Shown: positions 1-21,215 of the stretch, in pieces
Position numbering within the stretch: the stretch's first letter is position 1
Layout: every line of letters starts with the position of its first letter
NCBI GenBank assembly: GCA_965112735.1
Contig: OZ218961.1
Span: 1,798,001-1,862,000, forward strand
Direction: 5' to 3'
Source of the DNA: Phaeosaccion multiseriatum
Taxonomy: Eukaryota; Protista; Ochrophyta, other classes
Length of the DNA: 64,000 bases
Position numbers and translations under genes: made by a program
Notes under the pieces: generated by a model
Told to the model about the DNA's origin: nothing
The model's input: only the letters and a program-made list of their open reading frames with translations
Database searches by the model: none

Positions 1-635
1 CCTCCCACGCTCCTTCTTTCTCCTGCTCTACCCGCACTCTCTTGATCCTCAGGCATATTTCCTCGCCATCAATTGTGTCGGGAGCTGTTCTGCTGCAATT
101 AAATGCCTCACTCCATTCAAGACGCGTCTCCTTTCTACTCGGAAATCAGCAGCAAAGCATCACGCTATTCCCCCCTGCTTCCGGGTGGTCCTCTTGTGTG
201 CCTTGTGTGGTCCTCTTGTGTATTAACCCCTTCTGCTGCCAGTGGCCGTGGCTTTGCTGTTCGCACGAGCGCACAGGTAGGAGTTGTTTTTTTTTTGCAG
301 GGTGCCGCCGATTCTCAGATTTTGACGGGGAAATCGAAACGCCGATGGCACCAGATGTGTGCCGAACGAGGAGGGGGGGCACGGAAACCAAAGAATGAAA
401 TCGATTTTACAATCTTAAGGATTTCTTAATTTGGGGGAGCCAGGCCTGATCACTGAGTATGGTCGGCGCATACCACAGTCATGTCCAGGGCCGACGGCAG
501 AGCTTGCTTCCTCCGACTCGCCTCCAGCCATCACGTCTGCCCTTCCCTCCCCTCACTCACTCACGCACTCCCTCCCTCCCTTCCACCTTTACTCTCTCAT
601 CACTCATTGACTGACTCACTCCCTCCCTCCCTCCC

Positions 636-2881
<2,246 letters not shown>

Positions 2882-3052
2882 GTTGGAGTGTGTGCGTGTT
2901 TATCTTTCGATCCTTGCTTCCTATGGATATCTCCTATGGAGCACCAACACACGCAGCAAGATGGAATAACCACCTCATCCCGACGATAATTAAAGAGACG
3001 GGATCAGACATTTGTTAGGCGCAAGGATTAGATAGATTCTCGCTCCAGAGCC

Positions 3053-3247
3053 ATGCGGGCTTTCAGCATCAATATCCTGTCCCTTATAGTGTTTGCCTTG
3101 TTCACTATTGCGCCTTGGGCTTCCCATTGCTTTGTTACACCCACTCCAACAAGACATGGCGTGCAGCAAAGGAGACTGAAGGGCAGCGAGCGGATGATGA
3201 CCATGGAGAGCAGCACCGAACTCGCTGTCTTTGGAGGAGGCTGCTTC

Positions 3248-3294
<47 letters not shown>

Positions 3295-3999
3295 CCCTTC
3301 TCACTCCCACCCCTCGCCTTCACCTAGGTGCATCGAGGCTTGCTTTAGGCAGCTAGAGGGGGTAAAAAAGGTGGAGAGCGGATATGCGGGAGGCTTGCAG
3401 GAGAACCCGACATACGGGGTACGTGGTAAACTATGCGCCTTGAGAACCCCGCCGACAAGCTTACTCAGCTACCGCTGACCCCCCCCCCCCCATGTCTTCT
3501 TCCTACTGCAGAGTGTTTGTGGGGGCTACAGTGGCGGACATGCAGAGGTGAGAGAGATCCAGCGATGTGCTTGCAGTAGATGCGGTTGTACACCTCTCGA
3601 GGCGACGAGCGAGCTAACCACCCCTCTCCTTCGCATCTCTTGTCTCCTCGCTCTCCCCTCGGCTTTGCTTCTTCCTCTCTTTCACTCTCTCTCCTTCTCT
3701 CTCTATACTATATGCACCACTAACAACAGGTCGTGGGGGTGGAGTACGACCCTACTCAGGTGGACTTCCGAGAGCTGCTCGAAATACACATGGCCGCACA
3801 TGACCCCACCCAGGGCAACAGACAGGCAAGCACAACAAGCAAGCAAGCAAGCAAGCAGGGGCACCCTTGGTGTTCCTCTACACATTTGTCTCTATACTTC
3901 TCGCTCTACCCCCCCTTCCCTCTCACCCAGATGCTGCTCTTGTGCATGACGTGGGTCTCAGAGAGGAGGAGAGGCATCACATCTATCCATCCATCTGGC

Positions 4000-4072
<73 letters not shown>

Positions 4073-5403
4073 GTCTGTCTACCCTCTCCCACCCGCGCTG
4101 TTGGCGGCTGTAAGTCTTTATCGCCAACCGCTGAGCTTCTGCTCACACTCTCACTCCCGCCATCCCTCCCTCCCACCTTTCTTCCCCCCCCTCCCCTCTC
4201 ACCCCTCTCTCCTCACCCCTCTCCCCTCCCCGCACCCCCTCCCCTCAGGGCCTGGATGTGGGTTCTCAGTACCGCTCTATCGTCCTGTACTCCACAGAGC
4301 AGCAACGCATCGCGACCGAGGAGATACTCGAGGAGTTAGGTGAGTACGGTGGCGAGATTGAAGGAGTGAAATACAAGTGAGGAGGGTGGGGAGGGAGGGG
4401 AGGAGATGCTTGAGGAGTTAGGTGAGCGTAGTGCAGTAGTTGTTCTATGGCTTTGAACCTGCTGAACATCATCGCTGGACTTCTCACTCTCATTCTCAAC
4501 CCCACTCTCACTCTCTCTCTCAATCTCGCTCTCACTCTCATTCTCACTCTCACTCTTACTTTCACTCTCACTCGTCCTCCTCCACACTCTATCTTTCACT
4601 CTCACTCTCACTCCTCCTCCTCCTCCACCACCACCACCACCACCACCACCCCACAGAGACCAAGTACGCCGGCAACCCCCTCAACGCGGTGGCTAAGATG
4701 AGCGGCCTGAAGAAGAGAATCGTCACCACCGAGGTGTCACCGCTCACTAAATTCTATCCAGCAGAGAAGGTGCATCAGGACTACTACAACAAGTGAGTGT
4801 TTGTGCATCCCCCAGTCAAGACACCCTCTTTTAAGTCAGTGAGGAGAGACCTACTGACTTACTGACACCGTTCGGCCTCCTGTAGCAGGAGGATCCCCGC
4901 ATCCCCCAGCTCTCAGCCCTCAGCCCCCGCGGTGACCCTAACCCTCTGCAAGAATCCTCTACTAAAGCCCCCTTGCCCTATCTCACTCCCGCCCCCCTCT
5001 CCCCACCCCTTCCCCACCCTCCCCACCCTTGCTGCAGGAACAAGTACATCCCGTACTGCGTCATGAACGTGGTGCCCAAGCTCGTCAAAGTGGGGCCCAA
5101 GGTAGGTAGGAAGGAAGGGAGGGAGGGAAGAGGGAGGGAGCGATGGACAGAGGGAGGTGGAGAGAGGTGGTAGGTCCAGCACACCACGCTTACACACACA
5201 CAGGCACACACACACACACACACATCCACACACACCCCTCCACCCCGCTCTGAATCTCTCTCTCTGTCCCGATCCCCTCCCACCGCCTCTCTCTCTCTCT
5301 TCCTCTCTCTCTCTCTCTCTCTCTCGTGCTCGCATGCTCACGCCGCCCGAAGGTTGCCGCATTAAACGACCGTACGAGGAGCAGCGGCAAGTTGATTGAT
5401 TGA
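3053..5403 (+). CDS. msrA: Peptide methionine sulfoxide reductase A, probably plastid-targeted (8 exons)
   Basis: The spliced product contains GGGCFWCIE, SGYAGG..NPTY, GHAE, HDPTQGNRQGLDVGSQYRS, FYPAEKVHQDYY and YC. The N-terminus has a hydrophobic signal peptide ending SHC-FVTP. One GC-AG intron (3826-4248). The last exon (5353-5403) is less certain. Confidence 0.92.
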
Positions 5404-6117
5404 TTGGAAAGGAGTGAGTGAGTGAGTGAGTGAGTGAGTGAGTGAGTGAGTGAGTGAGTGAGTGAGTGAAAAATGGCCCCTAAATTGTTCCTCCCTCTAT
5501 TCCTCAATTTATTGTAAGCTCCTTTTCGTAGGACCGTTGTGCCTCCTTCTTTGGGGAGGTCTGAGTAAGCAGCACCGTAGAGGCGAGGGAACCTGTTATT
5601 GCTCTATTTTATTTTGTTTTGATTTTAGTCTTTGATTTTATTTTGTTGATGTTTTATAGTCATAGAGTTGAATAGGGGGGGGGGGGGTGGCCATGTGTAG
5701 AGAGAGAGAGAGAGATCTTCTCCCATCGGTCACTGCGCAAGTGAATTGCAAAAAGCTGTTTCAATATACCCTGTGAAAGGTACTTGAGCCGTGTGGTTTA
5801 AACACATACCCTGAAGCGTTTTAATTTTAATTCTAATTTTAATAATTACTTTGAATTAAAAATTAAATATAGTTTTTTTATAGCAAACAGAAGCTTCAAT
5901 GGGTGAGAGGGCCGTTCTCTCTTCGAGGGCGTTGTCGTCGGGGGGACAAAACTATCGCTTGCGCGCCCGTCTCTCTCTCCTCTCTCTCTCAATCTCTCCC
6001 TGCTGCCTCTCCCTGCCTCTCTCTCTCCCCCTCCCCGCCTCTCTCTCGCTCTCTCCCTACTGCCTCTTCCCTCCCCTCGCGTCTCTGTATAGTGCTCTCT
6101 CTCTCTCTCCCTTGCAC

Positions 6118-6617
6118 CTATAGACGAGTCTTCCTCGCGTACCGGAACGGCAATCGCTGTTGAGCCTTTTTCCACCTGCAAGGCGAAGGGAGGGGAGGGG
6201 AGGGGATGGCAGTGGATAGAGAGGGGCAGGAAGAGGTGGGGATGGCAGTTTATGTGGAGAGGAGGGGGGGAGATGGCAGTGGATGGGATGGAAGGACGCG
6301 ACAGACAACGACAGAGAACAGAACAGGTAAGACAAAGGTCAGAAGCAAAAACAGTAGCACGACAGGCAGAACAGAATAGAACGAACAGACGAGGGCATGA
6401 GCACAGCTCTCGACAGGCACAACAGAACAGACAAACAAGGGGTCAGGCAGGGAAGGAAGGCACCACACGCCGGATCACATCAAGGCTTAGAAGTCTCTCT
6501 CTTCTCTCGATCTCTTGCCCTCTTTCTCCCTCTCTTTCTCCCTCTCATCTCTCACTCTATCTCTCTCCCTCCCCTTTCCCTCTCCCTCTCTTTCTCTGTC
6601 CTTTCTTCCTCTCTGTG

Positions 6618-6651
<34 letters not shown>

Positions 6652-8623
6652 CCCTTCTCTCCCACTCACGATTGTCTCGCATCCTTGGACAGCTCCGCCC
6701 TCCGATCCTTGCCTGCGACTCCCTTTCCCACCGCCGCCACCGACCCCGCGACCCTCCTCACCACCCCCTGTAGCACTCTCTGACGCTTGTTGTTGCCTCC
6801 CTTAGCACCGGGACTGAGGCGCCTTCGCTGCCTCTCCCCTTCCTCAGAACTGGTGGGAGACAAAGACCCCCTCAAGAGGGCCATGCCCAGACCGAGGCCG
6901 GGCCCGCCCACCTCTCCAGGCCGGGCAGAAGAAGCATAGCCGCCACCACCACCACCATGAGAGGGCTCTTGCCTATCTCCTCCCCCTTCCCCTCCCCCCC
7001 CCCTCCTCCTCCTCCTCCTCCTCCTCCTCCCACGGCGCTATTGTCCCTACCCCTGTCTTGAGCGTCCCTGTCCTGCTCCTGCTGCCCCTCCTGCCCCTGT
7101 ATCACCAACTGCTGAGGGTCCGCCTGCCTGAGCGCGCTGCTGTACATGCGAAGCACGTCTTCGCCCAAGTACTCTCTCGGGGTAAGGTCGAGAGCTTTGA
7201 GCATCAGGGTGAAGTGATACGACACGTGGAGTATATCTACCCCCAGCGATAGTCCGAGGGCAGCAAAGACTCCAAACTCTGCTTCCAGCACCTCCTTTTT
7301 GCTGAGCTGTAGCAATTGGTGATACAGCAGCAGCAGCAGCAGGAGGAGGAGGAGGAGGAGGAGGGTGGGGGGGCACGGGGGTAAGACAGGGATGGAGGAC
7401 CTTAATGAATCTACCCGCCCCAGCCCGATCAGCGAGACCAACGCAGCCCCAGCAGCAGTGGCATCCCACTCCACCCCACCCCGCTACCCCTCCCTTCCCT
7501 CGCGCCTCTCTCCACCCGCCCCCCCCCTCCCGGCCGTCTCTCTCCCTCCCTCCTCCCTCTCTCTCTTTCTCCCCCGGTGCCCCCCCTTCCCCTCTCCCTC
7601 TTGACACACCTGCCATTGTCTGTCCACCACACCCCACAGCTTTTCCGTGCTCACACCTCCCTCCAGTAACCCCCCTCCCGGCTCGTTGAACTTGAACGCC
7701 AACGACAGACACGCTGACATGGCCAATCGACGAGTGGGTTTGTTGACCATTCCCATCAGGCACAGGCGTTCGAAGTACACCGTCGCGAGCGCTACAGTCG
7801 CGATTTCGATGCCAGCTCGGTGGCAGCCTTGCAGGGCTGTGTGTATGGTGGGTGGGTGGATGTGGTAGGAGGGAGGGAGGAAGCGAGGGAAGGAGGGAGG
7901 GAGGAAGGGAGGAACGGAGGGAGGGAGGGAGGGAGGGAGGGAGGGAGGAACGGAGGGCGGGAGGGAGGAAGGGAGAGGGCGAGAGGGAGACAGACAGAGA
8001 GACATGGATAGAGCGTCAGTCAGCCATTCCTTATCCCCCCTCCCTCCTCCCTCCCTCTCTCCCTCCCTCCCTCCCTCCCTCCCTCCCTCCCTCCCCCCTC
8101 CCTCCCTCCCTCCCTCCCCTCCCCTCCCTCTCTCACTCACTCACTCACTCACTCACTCACCTTGTCTCTTGAGTGAGCGGATCTTGCTCAGGGTAAGGGA
8201 GGAGGGCAGATCGGGGTGCTTCTCTCTAAACTGCTCATTGAGCTCCTTAATAAGTTCCTTGGGCTTGACGAATCGCAGCACAGAGCAGATCACAGGGCCG
8301 ACATTCGCGTCACCTGAGGGAGGAGGAGGAGGAGGAGGAGGAGGAGGAGGAAGAAGAAGAAGAAGAGACACACGCACACAGATAGACAGATAGACAGACA
8401 AGAGACAAACGAGCAAGAGGAGGAGACAGACAAACAGACAGACAGACAGATAGATAGACAGACAGACAGACAAAGAGACGGACAGATACATATAGAGAGA
8501 CGGACAGACAGATAATAAAGAGGTGAGGCGAGGCGAGGCGAGGCGAGACGATAAGAGCAGGAACGAGTTGGAATGAATGAATGAGCGAAGGAACGAAGTA
8601 CACAATGAACGAAGACAGGCACC

Positions 8624-8701
<78 letters not shown>

Positions 8702-9566
8702 AACTCAACTCACTCACCCACCCACCCACCCACACACTCACCCGTCATGACAGGCCGACTACCGCCCGTTTTAAAAACACAGCTACACCCGCACACACGC
8801 CAACACACATACACACACACACACACTCTCTCTCTCTCTCTCTCTCACCCGTCATGACATGTCGACTGCTGCCTGTCTTGATGGCAGGGTCGTCGAGGAA
8901 GCCCGGCTCGTAGGGTTTCTCCCCCACCGGGAAGTGGTGATGATGATGCAGGTGGTGGTGATGATGGTGGTGGTGGTGGTGCTTGGGTTCCCCATGCTGC
9001 TTGCTCCCTTGCGAGGAAGAAGAAGGTTTGTCCTTCTCGTTGTTGCTCTCGTTGCTCTTTCCCGCTCCACCCCCTCCTCCTCCCCCTCCCTCCCCTCCTC
9101 CTTCTCCTCCCTTGTTCTCCTCTGTATCTCCATTCCGACTCACGGCCACCACTCCTTCACCCTCCCTCTTATCTACAGCACCACCACCTTTGCTGACCAC
9201 TCCTCCTCCTGCTGTATCACCAACCGCCACTGCTTCCTTGGCCACACACGCCGCGCAGTACTCCCTCTGCCCCCCCCCCAGCAGATGGGAGTAACTGTAG
9301 CCCCTCCAGTCTCTCACGGGGGCCTTGAATGCCTCCGCCCCTCTGTGGTCGGCAAGCATTTGCCTTTGGCGCTTCTTCTCTTCCTCTCGGGGCTTGAACT
9401 TGATAATGCTGCCTACACACGTGGGGTAGTTCTGCAGGGGGGGGCAACGACGGAAGATGGACGAGAGAGAGGGGGGGAGGGGGGACGGGAGGGGAGAGAG
9501 TGAAGCAGAGAGAAAGTAGAGGGAGACAGAGAGAGAGAGAGCGCGACACACACACACACACACGCC

Positions 9567-9623
<57 letters not shown>

Positions 9624-10349
9624 TGCTGGCGGAGAAGAAGAGCCTACCCTCGAGCACCCCCTCCGTGCCGATTTGCTTCTCCCACCGCCGGAGCTGCGCA
9701 GCGCTGTGCCCGGCGTTGGACGCCGCTGGACTGGCGCTCTGTCGCATGGCAGGACCGAGCCGATACCTGTTCCGGGGGGGAGGGGGGGGGAGGGGAGGGG
9801 AGGGGAGGGGAAGGAGGGTGTCACCCATTCACTCGCTCAGTCAGTGAGTCCGTGGTACTCACTCACCTCATGGCCAAGGGCATTCGGACATTCGCTGGTT
9901 CCACCCCTGGGAGGCGCCGCCCGGGGGCTACAGGGTCTCCTCTGACTGCAGCATCGACCGCTGGGCCGACGGGTGGGACAGGCCTGGGTCGATCCCCCAT
10001 CTAGAGCAGTTGGTGATACAGTGAGGCCAGGGGACAGGATGCGACAGGACAAATGTCTAAGTAAAAAAGTGACTGCTTCATTCTTTTTGCGCTTGGATTA
10101 ACCTCTCTCGACACAACCAGAGATTGAGAGGCAGAGAGGGGGAGACTTTGAGAGAGAGAGAGAGAGGTGGAGAGAAACAGGGAGAGATACAGAGAGGAGG
10201 CAATAGAGGAGAGAAGGAAGAGAGAGAGAGAGAGAGAGAAAAGAGACAGGGGAGAAAAGATGGAGATGGAGGTAGAGAGACGAAGAGGGAGAGACAGACA
10301 AAAGATGTAAAAAAAAGAGAGAGAGAGCAAGAGAGGGACAAAAGAGGGA

Positions 10350-10395
<46 letters not shown>

Positions 10396-11694
10396 GGAGC
10401 AGCTCGGCTCCCATCCCGCCCTCCCCCCTGCCCCCCTGCCCTCCGCGCCCTCTGCAAAGCAGGCAAAGAAGGCACCTACCTGATCGGCATCTGAGAGTGA
10501 TTCGTCGTCGCTCGCAAGGTGCCCTTTGCCCGCCTCCCTGTCCCCCCTGGAGGCTGCCCCCCCTCCTCCACCCCCGCCTCCTCCTCCACCTATCTCCGAG
10601 AGCATATTTCGGAGCTTCTTCCCGACCTGGCTTGGCGACGCCTGACCCCCTCCTCCTCCTGGCTCCGGAGCACCAATTGTATCATCGATATCTCCTTCGC
10701 TGACGTCTGCGGCGGCCGTTCCCGCGTGAAGGTTCCGCACCTGTGTTCAGATGAGGGGGATGGCAGTGGATGGGAACCGGGGGGGGGGGGAGCCTATAAG
10801 AAAAGTCAAAGCGCGTGTCCGAAGATAACATGAAAGAGGCAACCACTCTATGGAGGACTGATCGATTCCGCTCCTCACACGCACAACACGTCCCCCCACT
10901 CCTCCCATTGGACACGATACGAGAGAGAACATCACTTCCTCCATCCACTCAGGCAATGCCTCACTAATGACTAATGACTAAGGACCTCGTGACTCATGAC
11001 TCGCCTGCTTAACCATCGTCCCCTCATTGGCCATGTGGATGTTGGTGAGGAAGTCGAGGGCGGCAATCTCTCGCGTGGCCCACTTCTGCCGCCCGGAGCG
11101 TTGGGCGACAGGGAAGATGCGTTGCCTACGCCGCTGCAGCACGGGGTGCTGGAAAGCGCCCATCGAGGCCACGGCCGGTGAGGAGGACCTAGAGCTGCTG
11201 GCACTAGCGCCGGAGGTGGTCACAGCGGCAGCAGCGGCAGCAGTCGTGGCGCCGCTGCCGTTGACAACGAGCTCGTCGACCAGAGAGACTCCTGGGCTCG
11301 TTGAAAGACTCGCTGCTCTCCCAGTCTTCCTCTGCACCGAGAGTGGCCGACGCCCCTCCGAGTCCCGTCCTCCCCCTCCTGCGCGAAGAGTGCGAAAGAG
11401 AGGCCCCCCAATGTGCTTCTCCTCCCTTCGATGCTGGTCTTCACCCCTTGGTGAAGAGGAGGACGCTGACCTTCCGAGTGTCCTGTGCTCGACAGCGTCA
11501 TCCTCCTTCTCATTCTCGGCCTTGTCTTGCTCAGTGGCGACTGTCCTTGACTGGACGTCGCCCTCCTGCCCGTTCTCGGCATTGTCTTGCTCTGGCGTGA
11601 GTGTCCCGGACTCGAAAGTGTCGCCCTCCTTCTCATTCTCGGCATTGTCTTGCTGGGCCCCGCTGTCTTCTTCAGGGACAGATCCTATTAGCAT
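6118..11694 (-). CDS. CABLES-like (CDK5/ABL substrate family) cyclin-fold protein, multi-exon
   Basis: Motifs 'AALDFLTNIHM', 'YEPGFLDDP..KTG', 'KELNEQFREKHPDL..LTLSKIRSLKR', 'TVALATVYFERL...NKPTRRL..ACLSLAFKFNE', 'KEVLEAEFGVFAAL' match the CABLES family pattern. The start ATG (11694) and last exon (6176-6118) are uncertain; an alternative stop lies at 6872. Confidence 0.78.
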
Positions 11695-11904
11695 CTTCAA
11701 AATTCGCAGTCTGTCTTTCTCTACTCTCCTACATACTACTCGCAGGCTCGTAGCTCGAGGCGAGAGGAGGAAGTGGGAGTCTTCGAATCCACAGAGTCGA
11801 AGCTGTGATCCGCCGTCGGATGTTATTTGAAACTGTATCGGAGAGCTTTTCCACTTCGAAATTTACCTCATGGCGCGGTAGCAGTCGCTGTGCTCGGCCC
11901 TAGG

Positions 11905-17742
<5,838 letters not shown>

Positions 17743-18650
17743 CATCACAGGTGGAGAACCAACCCTCTCTTCCGTATTGTGTTGTAAGCCCACAAAGCTT
17801 CGCATCTCCTCGCTGGGTGGGCCCTCGCTCGGGTGATGTGAACGTTTCATGGTCTTGATGTCTTGATGGAGGCCCTCTTCCGTCGACGCTTCGGGCTCTC
17901 TCCCCTCGGTTAGGAGGTCATGCTAAGCTGTGGCGTTGATGACACGGGTGCCCTCCCTCTGCGCTCTCCGTGAAGGAGTATGGTCTATGCCTGAGATTGC
18001 TTGGATGCTTGGCAACGCAGCTGACCGCCAGACTGTCAACGGTCTCCGAGTAACCGTCAGATGACATGATGGTATGTATGCCCACAAATGTTGGATATAT
18101 GAGGGCGGCCACTCTCCTTCTCGGTGCCACCACTACCATGAGCCATCGCTGAGGCCTTCTCTGAGGCTCTCTATCATCAGATGGCAGTAGATGGCAGCAC
18201 ACGGCATTAGAAACTACTATGGTAGTAGGGATGGCAGCAGATGCTTTGCTACACAAAGTGGAAGCAGGGAGGAGCATATGTCAAGGGCTTTTAGCAGTGC
18301 TCGGCTCTGCTTCCCTACCTCTGCTGCTGAGCAAACCCCGCCATGCCATTGACATGTGGACACACAAACGGCTGCACACACCAAACACCTTCGGAGCAAG
18401 TCGACACGACGGGCTCCTCTCGCGCGGTTTCAGTCCGCTGCTCGTCTTCGGATCAGACCACCTCCCTTTCTCCTCTTGGCTCTCTCTCTCTCTCCCTCTC
18501 TTTTCACCGACACAAATGACACAACAGTGTTACATTGTATTAACTAAAACGACAGAGAGAGGTCAGCGGCTGCTCTCTTCCGTCTATTCAGATGCTCATA
18601 TGCTCATCCGCAATCTTTCTAGTAGGTGCTCATCTGCTATCTGTTTCTGT

Positions 18651-19295
18651 CTAGTACGTCTGGACGGGGTCCATGACCTGGAATTGGGCCACGCTGTTCC
18701 CTCGTACCACGATGGTACCCATGTTCTTCGTCTGAGTGGGTAAGGGGGGGAGAGTGGTGGGTGTGTGGGTGAGGGAGAGAGGGAGGGAGGGGGGGAGGGA
18801 GTGAGTGGCGTAGTGACAGGAGGTTAGGGACACGAAGAAAAGCAAGAGGGGGATATGGGAGGCAAGGAGTGAAGTCAGTGTGGAAGCGAAAGAAAGAGAC
18901 CAACGCCCGGTACAAGGGCAGCATCCCTTCGAAACAAGTCGTCTGAGAGCAAACAAAGGGGGCGACCAAGAGCTAAGACTGCTTCATCCAACGCCTTCAT
19001 CTTTTTCGTGCGTGCGTAGGCCCTTCATCATAAGTGCGTGCAACTCTTTTATCTTGCCATACGTTGCTGGCTTACATGTGCTGCTCCTTCGTGTGTGTAC
19101 CTCCTCCTCCTCCACCCCCTCACCCCATCTCTTCTCCCTTACCTCCGATGTGGTCACGTCAAACGCCTCCTCGAGCACGAGGTTCATGAACTGGTCGTAC
19201 CCTCTCAGTAAGCCCTTTACTGAGCGGTTCCCATTGAGCTTCAGGATCAGGTTTTTGTCCATGAAACGCTTAAGATCAGGCCCCCCTCGCGCCAT
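18651..19295 (-). CDS. SNRPG: Small nuclear ribonucleoprotein G (SmG)
   Basis: Exons 19295-19143 and 18731-18651 give [43 protein letters not shown]...[11 protein letters not shown], i.e. the Sm1 and Sm2 motifs typical of SmG. Confidence 0.93.
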
Positions 19296-19915
19296 CTTGA
19301 GCGATCTGCTCTCCTCCTCCCCCTACTCCTCCTCCTCCTCTCGCTGTTGCTGCTGGTGCTGCTGCTGGTGCTGCTGCTGCTGCTTCTTCTTCTTTTGAGT
19401 CTTCTTCTTCTTCTTCTTCTTCTTCTTCTCCTGCTGCTGCTGCTGCTAGCGTCTGCAGGGTATCGACAGAGCGACAGGGGAGGAGCACGAAGCAAAGGGT
19501 GTCAGCGTTGCAGCGGGAGAGGGAAAGCGCCCAGTGCAAGCGCAGCAACTCTTTGCAGCCAATCAGTCAGCCAGGCACACGCATCTGCGAAGAAGGACGG
19601 CAAGGTAGACATGGCCACGAGAGGGAAATGCCGCTCTGGGAAAGGCCCCTCTCATCCCCACCCGTGAAACCAGTCAAGTCTCGGCGCACGCCGCTCTACG
19701 AAGATGGAGAAGAAACGCTGCATTACACAAGCGATCACCCCCCTCCAGGCCCCCTTATCATCCACCTCACCTTCTCTTGCTGCTCCTCAGCTTGAGTAGG
19801 CTCTCAAAGAGAAATCGGATATACGCCCTTTTCCTACCAAGTGTCAGGACCCAAAATGGTGTCAGGACGAGGTTTCGCCCATCACAGAGAGGGAAAGAGA
19901 GAGAGAGAAAGAAAG

Positions 19916-21215
19916 ATGGCAGGACTACTGCAGAAGGTGTACCAGACTGGGCTCGGCAGGGCGTCCGGGTGGTACCGTGGATGGATGTGCTCTCGTCTTA
20001 AGCCGTACGGTAAGTTGGGGGCAAGGATCAAGAGTAGTGACGCGAGGGTAGAGAGGAGAGAGAGGAGGGGAGTGAGGGAGGGTTGGAATACGGGCTGGTC
20101 CTCATCTCGGTGATATCTCTAAGCTCTTCGGAGTGCGGGGGATTGCTCAGGACGGGATGCGCAGCCCAGCCAGCCACCAGTCGCTGGAATGGAACCCCCT
20201 CGCCCACTCCCCTCTCCCGTCTTCTCTCCCTCTCTCTCTCCCCTCTCTCATTCAGTGCATCAAGTCCTCTTCTCCCTATCTACGCAGACTATGATTGTAT
20301 CGCCAGCGCAATAGCTTCCGCCCTTGGAGCTGCTATTGTTGGTTCCCTCCTTCTCAAACAGCACCTCATCCCTCTTCCCCCGCACGCCTCGTGACTGTCG
20401 ATGCTTTCAATCCCCCACCCCCTGCTGTGAGCAGGTTTACAGGTGGAGGACCTGTACGACCCCCTTGACTGCCCCGTCACAGCGGAGGCGCTTAAGAGGT
20501 AAGATTTCCTGCTTCCAGAGCCTCGCAGCCCCAAAATGACCGCGACTAGTGCGTGTGGGTCTCGTCTGCGAGAAGCCAAACACCCTGGGACAGGACAGAA
20601 GATCCTTCACTTTGCCCCAGTCTCCATTCTCACCAGCCCGCTTCCTTGCACCCGAATCCACATCCAACGCCCCCTGTCTCTCTGCTTTGCCCGCTGGCGC
20701 CAGATTGACTCCTACCGAGGCCAACGACCGCAACCGTCGAATTTTGAGAGCGATTGACTGCAGCTACAAGCGAAAGATGCTGCCAGAGTCTTTCCAAGAG
20801 ACATTCGACCCTTTTGCCAAGGTACGAAGAAGGATAAGGGAGGCTCTTTGAGGAAGAGAGGAGGACCCCTAGACTGCACTATTGAGTCAGGAGTCAGGAA
20901 AGCAGTGGGGGGGTCCTCTTACTTGTGTGTGGGGGGGCTGCTGTGTTTCAACAATCCATTCCAGGGTGGTCCTTCTATTACTAGTGCTGTCACATCGAGG
21001 GAAGAAGGAAGGAGAGCGCTGCTTGTCCTCGCCTAGAGAGAGACAAGCGACGAGGCAATCGGTGCGCAGCGGCAGTCAAGCAATCTGACGCGGATACCCC
21101 ATCCTATGCCCCCCCGTGTCCACACACACAGCCTTACCTGCAGAAACACATTGAGGCAATCGAGAAGGAGAAGGCGGAGAGGCTCGCAGTCAACAAGACT
21201 TACTCGGATGTTTAA
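19916..21215 (+). CDS. QCR7: Cytochrome b-c1 complex subunit 7
   Basis: Four exons give ...LKPYGLQVEDLYDP...EALKRLTPTEANDRNRRILRAIDCSYKRKMLP...PYLQKHIEAIEKEKAER..., matching the UCR_14kD family pattern. Confidence 0.88.

Noticed and set aside
17918-18743. ORFs between the IQ-LRR gene and SmG
   Set aside because: No motifs; this is a convergent 3' UTR/intergenic region.
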